Source: Euprymna scolopes (Eukaryota). Taken from it: a stretch of 64,000 nt of DNA. How positions within the stretch are numbered: the stretch's first letter is position 1; each line of letters starts with the position of its first letter. The stretch lies in the NCBI GenBank assembly GCA_053919585.1, contig CM132810.1, one strand, 5' to 3'. The position numbers and the translations under genes are program-made. This document shows positions 15,001 to 27,000 of this stretch, piece by piece. The notes beneath the pieces were generated by a model. It saw only the letters and a list, made by a program, of their open reading frames with translations, had not been told where the DNA came from and did no database searches.

Positions 15001-18000
15001 GACCCTAACAGGTACTACCACTCCGGGTCAGAGTGGACCTGGGAGCAATAGTAATTAAAGGGTGGCTCCACACTCCTCAAAGCCCACAAGCTGGGGCCCT
15101 CACCACTGGATATAGTTTAAGGTCCTCTCCTGTGGGAGAGCGGTTGCAAGGAAGAGAAAAAGGCATCTCTCACTAAGCCACGAAGCCTATTTTATACTCT
15201 GTCAAGGCAGGATAGGCTGTTTTTAGCAGCTCCTGCCCAGATGTGGCAGCAGTACTCCATCCTTGGACATACTTGGCTTTTATATAGATAGAAAATTGCA
15301 TGAGCAATGAGATATCTTCTGGAGTGGTAAAAGGATCCTACCATTTTTCCAGCGACCTTGGCAATTGACTTGATGTACGTGTTCCATTTCAGGTCAGAAG
15401 CTTATTGAAACATGGAGCTTCCCCTAGATGAGAGCCATCCATTTTAATTGATACCAGATGGATAAAAGTAGACCAAAAATAGTCACAGGAAAAATGAGAA
15501 GGTATATTGTCTGCTGCCTTTGTTGACTCCTGCTGAATTGCTTCTCTCTGGTGTTAGCATGTACTAAGATGGATAACCATTTGGGAATAACAGGTGTTGT
15601 ATATAGAATGCAGCCCTAGTGACAAATTAATACCAATCTGCAAATATAACACAAGACAGTATTGGGCTATTCATTATGATCTGCTTTAACTAGCCACTGG
15701 CTGGCAATGACAAGACTAATTTCAGAATATCTTAAATAATGGAGAAAATATAGAACTAATGGTTTATATCATATATATGAAAGTTATGTTTCTTTGTAAC
15801 ATTGCATCAGAGTTTGGTATTGAAAGATCACATTTGCATGTTCTTAAAAAAGCATATCTGATATGTTCCACTGTAAATGGAACACAAAATTTCATTTTCT
15901 CCTTACTTTCCACACAAAACAAAGCTTTATATTAATAAAAGGTTCTTGTCTAAATATTTATATTAATAAAAAGGTTCTTGTCTAAAATTCCTCCTATATT
16001 AGAAAATGAAAATAAAGAAAAATCTATATGATGCATGTATCCGTGATGAAACAACATATTCCAAAAATCACATAAATTGATCAAGTAGTTTTATTTTTGA
16101 ATAAGAAAATTAAATTTTATGAGTAATGAAAGAGTGACTGTCTTGTTTGCAATTTTGAAAACAATCTAAGGGGGAAACAAAGGGAGGTAACTTAACAATA
16201 ATTAAAACCTGATAGATTTATATTGTAATACCTACAAATTCCCATTAATCACTTAAAAATGATTTTCTTTATAAAAATAAAACTACTTAATCAATTTACA
16301 TAATTTTTGGAATATGATATTTTTGTTTAATCATAAGTACATACATCATACAGATCTTTCTTTCTGTTTTTAATATAGAGGGAATTCTGGGTAAGAATCT
16401 AATAAAATTAAACACTTCTTTGAAGGACAGCCAGATATCCTCAGCTGTGGACTCTTCGAGTTGAAATGTTTCTAAACTGTCGAAACAGTTTGACATCTGG
16501 AGTTGGAACTTGGCTTTGGTCTCCAGGCATTTGAGTCGTGAAATGTCACATTTTTAAGTTGGTTGGTGGATAGATTGGCTTTCAGGCGTAGGCGTAGCTT
16601 TACACGGACCATCATATGATTGGAGCCATGCTCATTACCGGTCTCCACGCCTTGGTAAGAATGGTAGTCTAGCATGCTGGAGGCCCAACGAGTTCTGATG
16701 AGAACATGATCGATCTGGTTATGAGTGACTCAATAATTGGAGTACCAGGTGACTAAGTGGCATGGCGGATGCTGGAAATTGGTGCTTGACACTGTCATCT
16801 GGCTTACAGCAGCAAAGTTGTTAAGATGATCACCATTTAAGAAATAGTCACCAACAGCAAAGGGGCCAACAACATATCAGGGTCAGTGCAAGCGTTGACG
16901 TCACCTGCAACCACTACGAAGTCTCTTGCTGGAATACTATCTATAACAGCCTGCAGGCTATCGTAAAAGGTATCCTCGGTGACATCATCTGCATTGACAA
17001 TGGCAACGTACACAGCCACTAGTGATGTTGAAAAAGGCACCTCGTAGATGGACATTGGCAAGACGTGGAGAGATTGACTCCCAGGCAAGGAGAGCGTTGC
17101 TCGCCTAATGATTTAACCGAATCCATTTGTAGGATTGCTGTAGTAAAGGTGATAAGATCCATCATTTTGGGGGATTTTGATTGTTTTGTGGCCATGATCT
17201 GCAAGGCTGACCTTCGGAAGGTAGGCTACATTAACATTGTACTAGTGGAGGGTGTGTTTTGTCACCTTTTAACACGTGCACGCTCCAACATGCAAATTGA
17301 TGACTGATTTGGGTCTGAGAATCCTAGTTTGCTGACGAGGCACTCACTGCGCTGAGAAAGAGAGTGCGTCAGTTTCTTCCAACGCTGTAGCAGTAGTCGT
17401 AGTTAAGGTAGAAGTAGAATTCATTTTTATATTTAGGAGTTTCTAGAGAATATGAAATCCACAAGCGGTCCCCAAACCCGCCTGTATATCCTTGTTGAAG
17501 GAAGTTGGCTTTTGGAGCTCGGTTTTAAGGCACCGAACATTCGCCTTTCACACCCTCCAATTTGTATGGGACAGGAATTTGGCAGAGGTGAGTAGGTTGC
17601 TTAAGTCTACATGGGCTATTTTGTAGACCAGCAGGAGTGCTATGCATACTAAACCTTTTTAAAGCATGTACTTGCTTGCCATAGATGATGATGATGATGA
17701 GAGGTACAATTAAATAGATTTAAATATGAATAAATACAATGATCATGACAATGGTGATGATTGGTACACTTAAATAAATTTAAACATGAATAAATAAAAA
17801 CAAACCCAACTCATACGATACATAGAGCAAGGAGTCATAAATTGTGGAGTTTTGTGCAAAGTTCAACTTGAAGGAGCATTTAAAACGGCAGGATTCCTCA
17901 ATGATCTTGAGGATTGGGATGATGGGTATAATTAAATAGATTTAAATAAGAATAAATAAAAAAAATGAACTTGCCCAACAGATTGGGTAAAACCAGATGC

Positions 18001-21000
18001 TATGCAAAGGACTGGATCTCTGGTTACACCAAGCTTGCTAACAAAATAAAACTAGCCCACTGCTTTGGATGTGATCGCTTCCACCAACTGTGCCAAGCAA
18101 CTGCCCACTCAGAAATGGCTGATTGAAATGTCCACTAGACAAAAATCGCCGAAGATATGGAACATGCAGCATCAGTGGGGGACAAGGAAGCTTTACAGTA
18201 TTCTCCAGTCCAGCACCAAACCATTCCAGGGAAGCAGTGAGGTGATCCTAAACCAACAAAGAAGACTCATTTCCAATCTTGATAAGCGGATACAACAATG
18301 AAGCGACCACTTCGCTGCTCAACCATGTTAGCAACATTACACAACTGAACCTGATCAACACCTTAAATACATACGATTGTGACACCTCTACCTCAATGCT
18401 GGACGAAACCAAAGACATCATCAAAAAGCTAAAAAGCAACAAAGTGGCCAGTGAGGACGGCATCTCTGCTAGAAATCTTTAAAATTGCATTAGTGGGCCC
18501 TATTCTTCATCAGATCATCTCCCGTGTGTGGGAAACCGAGAGCCTTCCCCAAGACTGGAGGGACGCAGTTCTGCTCCCTTTCTTCAAAAAGGGCGACAAT
18601 TGTTGCTGCAGTAACTACTGCGGAATAAGCCTCATCGATATTATCGCCAAAATCTTTGCTTCTATATTACTGAAGAGGTTTCAGAGAAAACATGTTACCA
18701 GAATCAGACCGGATCATGACTGCACAGATCAGATTTTTACGCTGCACTGAATCCTTGAACATCGCTAGAGCTTTCAGCAGAAAACACTTGTGTGCTTCAT
18801 CGACTTTGCCGATGCCTTTAACTTAACTGTAAAGCTATTTAACAGATAATGCAGGCAGACACCTTTCGAGTCATCTCCCTCTCAATGCAAACCAAATAGT
18901 CTCCTGTGCATCATGAGTTACTGGAATCTGTTTAAATAGAAACAAAGTCAATAACTCAGCAAAAATAACTTTCTCGGTTACATGCAATATGGTTTCCATT
19001 TTGCTAGATCTACATCATATGTGCTAACAGTTATAGGATTAGCAAATCTCTCAATGGAGGCTTCCTTTCCAGGGCAATTACCCTTGACATATCAAAGACC
19101 TTTGATAGGGTATGGCATAAAGGTCTAGTGCACAAAATCTCCAGCTATGTTATAACTGGAAATGTCTTCTCAATTATTAAATCATTTCTCTCTGATTGGT
19201 TCATAAGAGTAGTGGTTGATGGGCAGAAATCAGAAGCTCACAGTATTAATGCTGGAGTTCCTTAGGGATCCTTCCTGGGTCCAACTCTCTTCCTGATCTA
19301 CATTAATGATCTCCTAAATCACATCCCAAGATCATTCATAGACATTTATGCTGATGACACCACCATCTATGGCAACATTTCAAAGGCCATAAACGACCAA
19401 GTTCTTTCTGATTCTCTCTCTCCTCTGATCTTGGTGCAATGGGGAAAGGGGTGGCTGGTAAATTTTAATGCATTTAAAACCAAGCTATCTTTCCATCATC
19501 ACCGCTCTGAGCCCTGTCTGTCTGAAATGAATAGCTCTCATCTTGGGAGATCCATGTTTTAACAAGCTTCTGGGTTTAACCTTTATTCTTGATCTGAGAT
19601 GGAACACTTACATCAAATCAGTTGCCAAGGCTGCTGGAAAATGGTGGGATCATTCTACCACTCCAGTAAATATCTCACTGCTGATGCAATTCTCTACCTG
19701 TATAAGTGCCAAGTATGTCCAAGGATGGAGTACTGTTGCATCCCGCCGAAACTGCTGAACTTGATCAAAGCTGTTTAATTATCTACACGCATAAAGGTCC
19801 ACACATACGGTCAATCAAGAGTTTAACTTCTTTGAAATATGTTCGGGAGTCAGTCAGGGCTGTTTTCTCTCCCCCACAATCTTCAACTATGTTATTGACT
19901 GGATCACCTCCAACTCTCTAGCAAATTTTCCACAGGTCACCATGAGCCATGACCTATGCATCTCTGATTTTGACTATATTGATAATATAGCTATCCCACG
20001 TGAAAGCTTTGATTCATATTGCCATTACTCAGATGCAGAATTTTGCTTCAAAAGGTAGGAATGAAGATCAACGTGACAAGACAAAATTACTAGCGGCTGG
20101 ATTCTCCCCAAACAATTCACAACCAATTTTCCTTGGAGAAATCCTTGAAGAGGTCCAAAGTTTCAAATACCGGGGCTCTATTATCACTACAACAGGCCAA
20201 GATGAAAAAGATACTGACAACCATATCAACAATGCCCACGTTGCCTTCTGCCACCTTCACACTTGACTCATCTCCAAAAATGAAATCAGACTTGATACAA
20301 AAATTTAAATATACCAAGCTCTTGTCTGCACTATTCTCCTATACGTATGCAAAACCTGGCCAGTACACGTTTGTGACCTGCACAGACTGAAAGTTTTTGA
20401 TCAATGTCTACACCGCATCCTTTGGATTTGCTGGCACCAATTTGTCCCAAACACCATTATCCATTCACGCTGCCGGATACCATCCCTCAAACAGACCCTC
20501 CTTTTGAGACATCTCTGATGGTTTGGTCACACTCTGCGCCAGCAACCAGATGACTTCATCCATGCCACCATCAACTCAACCCAACTTCAGGGTTGGAAGA
20601 AACGATGCGGTGGTCAGCTGCAAAACTGGCTCAGCATGGTGAAGCAAGATGCTGATCTGATCCTGTATTCTGAGTGCGCCGCTGGAACTGTGAATGGCTG
20701 GACCTGATATTGAAGGTAGCCTCAAACTGACGTGCCTGGGCGGCATCTATACAAAATGCAGAGAATGCAGTTGGAAGAGCTGGTTCAACCAACCCACAAT
20801 GAATGCTGACACAACAACACTTTTTGTCTGTCTGTGTATGTGTTTCTCATTTCAGATTCTTGTCAAACTTTGGAACCGGTAAAGAATTTTGATCTGAATA
20901 TTTTATTTAATCCCCGATGATAAATTGTTTTCATTTCATCAGCCATGACAAGGTAGAAGCATTAATTTATGTTATCTATAATTATTATTGCCTAGAGTAA

Positions 21001-24000
21001 GGACTGACCTTCAGCCTCCAAAAGACTGTCACTTAGATATGTCTATATTAAGATAAAGTCTAATGATTAAAAGCATTGGTTAACATGAAGATATAAATAA
21101 AGTTGATATATTATGTAAAGATAGACATTGTTTTTTTTACAGTGTCTTATCCTTCCCGGTTCAATCCTTACTACAGGTAATAACATAAATTCACCAACCT
21201 TATCAGGTGCATCTTTTTCAACATGGAAATGTTTACAGAATTATTTCAGACTGAACCCTTCATTAAATCTACAGGGGAAAATTGTTCTTATTCCATCAGT
21301 CATGAGCAGATAGAAATCTTATTTTATATTAATTTTAGTTATTCTTGCTTAAAGTCAAAACCGAACTTTTTCAGAAGACGGTTATTGTTAATCAATGTTC
21401 TTACTCACCAGGCCATAAAGCCATGGTGACAATTCCTGTATGAATTTTGGCAAACTTAACTTAATTTTGTCTAGATGCATAGCATAACTAGTTATTACTA
21501 TTGAATTTTTAAAATACATTTTTACTCAGTTATGACTACTGAAATGAGAACAATTTAGGCCAGGGATTACTAAATTCACAAAAATGAACTTGAAGGTCAG
21601 AGGTTACATCAGTCGAAACATTATGAAACAAAGGAAATGATAATTCAAATGATACAGAAGATCGTTTAGTATAGTTTCAGAATATTTTAATTTTTGACAA
21701 CATTAACATGTTTGATTTAACATCCAGATAAATGTTGCCTATGTTTTCCAATGCTTGATTGAACTTTTCCAAAAAAAAATGTAACATTTTTTTTTCTTCA
21801 GTCATTCTCAATATATTTATGTATGGATACCTTTGTATATACCCAAAAATTATCAAATCTCTGTATTAATAAAACTTTTTCTTGTCTATACGTAACTTTG
21901 ATATATACAGATTGAATTTGTTTTATCTACTATTAACCAAATATTTATTGAAAAGTTTTACATTTTTAAAAAAGGTTTTTTTTTTGTTTTTTAATTATAA
22001 TTATGAATATATTTTTAATTACTTTTCTCTCATTTTTGTACTTGGCAATACGTCTCCACCCAGATAATGCTGGGTAAATATAGAGGAGTGAACCTTCATA
22101 TGACTTAGAAGACTTTCTCCTAAAATAATTTTTAAGAAAAATAATCTTTTTGTTCATAATTTAAAGTAAAACAAGGCTTTTCTATGAACAATTTAATCAA
22201 ACACCAGCTAATATTGAATATTTTTGCGACAATCCAAGCACAACTAACTTAACATTAACCCTTGTCAGTCACAACACAACTATAGATCCTTTATCGGCAA
22301 TGAAAATTGAGCCATAGTTGCTAAACCATACATCTTTGGCATACAACATAAACAGTTATGAACTACTAAAAATAGCAATAGCTTATACACAATCTTAAAA
22401 ACTTACAATCAAATTTATACAAACAAAACTATTCATCTAGACACTTTAAAATCTTATTAATGCTTTACTTTTGATTATTCTAATAAGTCATAAATAAAAT
22501 CATATATTTATGTATGGATAAACTTTTCCATTACAACTACATCTAGCATATAAAATATTTCTTTTGTTTAAATATAATTCAATATCTTTAGATTAAAATA
22601 GCTTTATACAGTTTAATAAGTGAAATAAACAAGGAACCTACTCTTATTTTCTCATTTTGTAATTCTTCTCGACTTTCAAAAATTTGACGACTTGTACTCT
22701 CTCGATTAGCTTGTCTCTGGGCTTCCTGAAATAGAAACCTTGATATTAATGCAGGTTTACCTTTTTCTAATCACACCTTGTTGTGAGGAGAAGATTAGAA
22801 ACACAATAAATAATTGCAAAAAATATTTCATGTTATTAATAAGATAACATTTTAGGATAAATTTTACATGTAATATTTCAGTGCTTTCTTTGCACAAATG
22901 AATGTGTAAACATCAGCATAAGAAAAAATATATTTTAACTATTAAATATCAGGAATACACAAAAAAAATGAATTTAAAAAATGAGAAAAATTGAGGCAAT
23001 AACTCATTTGTTTACCTACGGATGCACAGAACTAAAAAAAAAAAATAATAATAATAATAATAAAAAGTATTCGTCCCATTTCTAGAAAAATCTTCAGAGG
23101 AAAATAAAGAAATTCTTGTGTATATTCATTACATAAGCTTTTCCTGTTCAAATAAAATAATCAAACAAAATTATTATGCTTATCATGATCTGTAGTTTAG
23201 TGAAAATCAGCACCATTTGTGTTTACATTTTTAACGGGACATCTTTTTCATACTGTAAATTGCTTTTTTGGTTTATTATGCATTTTTTTTTGTAATAAAA
23301 CGTAAGTATATTTTTGTAAATTTGGTATCTTATGAGTTTAATTTATTAATTATTGGTGAAATAGTATAAGAAAACTGATAATTATTTTTCCAGAAATTTT
23401 TAAAGTTGATTTATTCGGACTTGAAATTTAAACAAAATGTTTTTTGGGTTTTTTTTTTTTTAAACATTTTTTAACATTTTTCACATTTTTTTTTCCTTTT
23501 AGAGATTAACTTTGATCCGTTATCTTTCAAACAGTCAAAATTTAGACGTAAATTAAAAACAATAATTATGATAAGCATCTTTTAAGAAGCATAGGAGTCT
23601 GTTTTTTTTTTGGGGGGGGGGGGGTTCAGTTATTTTTGCCCCTACCTATATATATTTTGTCTATGAACTGGATGGACATTCTACCTAATTGTTTCAAACA
23701 CAGACTCAGATAGGCCTTCAATCCAAACCCAACTTCAATTATAATGAAGATGGATATCTGTTTACCCCATTCATCCATTATAAAACTTCAGTAGATCTCC
23801 GCAATACAGTGGCCGTAGGATACTTTTTTTTTCAGGTTACAATGTGGAATACAATGTTTTTCCGGCCTCTGGTTACGGTATTTGCCCTGCTTTACAATGT
23901 TATTTATAATGTTATTTGATTATATACTGTACTGTATTTTGTTACTAATTTTTAAATGTTGTATCCTAGGGTTCTACTGTATAAGTAAAAATAACTGCTC

Positions 24001-27000
24001 TATATGATATACTACTTTACAACTACTTCTTATATGACCATCAATCTCGAGTGGATTGAGCAGACTCTTTTCAATAAATCAGCTGCATTACAAATTGATT
24101 CCTTCCAACTTGAACATGAGCAGCATATTTTGTGTGGCCATGTCAAACCATTTCCTTTTTTAACAACTATAAAGTTTTTCCCCCCGAGATCTGATATTCT
24201 CTTTTTTACAGATCTCAAAACCATAGAAGGTTTCACTTCAGTAAGTGTTTTCTTTAATCAATGTTAACCAAGCCAGTGGAAAAACCATTAGAATTGATGA
24301 TGATCAGTACTTTCATGTGTACATCATTTGATCGCAGCTCATTAGGTTTCACAATGGTAGAAGAGAATTTATCGCACAAAAAAGTTTTGTAGATACCTCA
24401 TTTGCTGCGATTTTGAATTTCCAACCCAGATTACGGATGGCAAATAAACATGTTTTGTACAAGAGTAATGTTTGTATCAATCTTACGTAAACTCTTGACA
24501 CGATAGTATCATTTATTATTATTTAAAGTAGTTAGTTTTCTAAGTTGAATTTGTATTTATATGCTGTATCTTAAAATGCCATGGTGTTGTCAGCAATCAA
24601 AATTATTGACTGATTAAATACAAAAAGAAAAAGATTGTCATTTTATTTAAACCAAAAAAGGAAGAAAGAAAAAACTGCATCCAAAGAAAATCAAAAAGCT
24701 CTTGAGGTAGAAGAATCAGTACACAAGAATATTCAAGCCAACCATATCTATGCTATGTATTAAAACTATAACTGATAATGTAGATAAGTAGTGACAATGC
24801 TATTAATACATCGATGATCCTTTTAAATATAATTTTGGCATTACGATAGTAAGGCTCAGGACTCAAACATGTTAAATATCATTTTAAAGACCTCAATAAA
24901 GATGTCTAAATACAGAAGCTTCCATTTTTTGGTCATGCGTTTGAATCCAAATTTTAACATTTATTTTTTAGGGAGAACCATTTTACAGGTTTATGTAGCT
25001 AGGTAATGAAAAGAGCAACATTATATGAAGAGAGAAACAGAGGGAGATCTTGCCTTTAATTTGTTTCGGAGTTCATCATGTTCAGCATCATAATCAGTTT
25101 TGAGATTCTCTTTTAGAGTCTGGAAACAAAAATAAAAACATGATTAGCATTTGGAACTTTAATGCACACACATACACAAAACGATTATGGATTCATATTG
25201 ACAACATTCTGTGATGGTATATGTCTTATTACTGCAATGACCATAAAAAGTTAGCTAGGTCAGAGAAAACTAATTTTTTTTCTCTTATTGCAAAGTTTTC
25301 TTTAAATTAAACTGCCTGAAAAACTTTTGGTACTAAAATTAGAATTTTTTTAATTTCAAATACACACTGGAAATAATTACAATGAAATTTTTGCTGTATT
25401 ACACAAGTTAGTGTCTAAAATTTGTTAACAATTGGAGTCTTATTCATGCTTGGTCAAAAAATTGATTTTAAAGCCTTTTGTTTATTTTATTAGATTTAAC
25501 ATTTACAAATAAAAAAATATTTTGTAAATTCTAAAACAAATTGCTTTTTAAGACAAAATTAATCTTTCTTTTACATATGTTATCATAAAGACCTGGTGTA
25601 ATAAAATGTGCTGTCCATTTTCATTCCCACAACAAGCCGGGTGAAACGCTTCTCTTAATGGTTACATAGTAAAATTTATTTTAAATTCAAAACCACGTCA
25701 TCAAAATTATTAAAAAAAAATATAGGGTTTTTTTTAGGCATATGCCTAAACTGGAGATATTTGGATTAAAATTGGAGAAGTACATGTTTTTGTCATGAAA
25801 TACACGTCCATGTGCAAAATTTATAACTATTCTCATTAGTTCTTAGTCAATATTTTATTTTTAATTTTGCTTAGTTTTATTAATTTTCTAAAATTTAACA
25901 TTAATATTAGTTTTTACAGATAAAAAAAAATCCCGTTAAATCTAATAAAAATGAAATTGCCTACTGCCTTTGTGACCTTATTTTTAAAGTCAATTTCTGC
26001 CTACCCTTGATTTAAATCAATCCTGCATAAGGATAAAAACCATGTGGAAATATATTAGACAGAAGTCTACATTGGAAAGAAAATGCTAAAAATATACAAA
26101 ACAAAACATATTCCTTAATCTTGTTAAAATTATAAATGGCAAGAAAGCAATTTCTACAGGTGATTTTCAGTCTAAAGAGTTAAGGTTAACAAGACGGAAA
26201 TAAACATAACTTGAGCCAAAAGATCAAGTTATTAATTTTTTTTTTTTCATTTCTTTTAAATTCCACTTCTCTTTAATGAAAAGCTAGTTGTGTAGCTGTA
26301 GCAACCTGGCATTGCTTCAGTTGTTTTTTTGTTTTGTTTTTAAATCACAAATACTATTTTTTTAAATCTTAATTTAAGATAAAAATGATAATTTATCAAA
26401 ACAATGTCTAAAGTATTATCAGTAATACTTAACTTTTTTTGCATGTAGCAGATTTATAAATAAAATATCTGCTATATGCATGGTATAAGTCAAATGTCAC
26501 TGGAAATACTTTAGATATTGTTTTGTTTGAATAGGATTAGAATTATTAATTCACCTCAGCTGCTTAAGATCTCTGAGTTTATTTATCCAAATATTTTACA
26601 ATCATTTAAATATTTCATTATCTGGATTAAAATTTCTAAAATAAAATTACACTCAAATCTGCTGTGTAGACAAAAATGTCCATAAATAAAAAAAAAAAAA
26701 AAAATACATAAAACCATAGAAAATCTTTCTTTTTTTTTTTTTTTTTTTGATTATTACATTTTCACCCCAGACAAGGCACATTGCCACTTTGATGTAAGGG
26801 GCTACTATCAGGGACATAAACTACAGGGGTACTATGTAGGGAGTTGGGCAGCAATATGTCGGTTTACGTTACACTTGAACTTCTGCATGTCAGCACAGTT
26901 GGGGAAGCAGGAACCTGGAAGGGAATTCCAAAGTCTAGCGGTTCTGGGGAAGAAACTACTGGAGTAGAAGGCTCTCTTACATCTAGGGATCTCTATTGTG

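Noticed and set aside
15500-15637. Strong-looking acceptor (tatttgcag) on minus
   Set aside because: The phase-0 frame hits a stop with no good donor before it and is not coiled-coil-like.
24030-24236. Cys-containing ORF resembling a Mutator-like transposase N-terminus
   Set aside because: Too short and degenerate to assign without a search; no TIRs identified.
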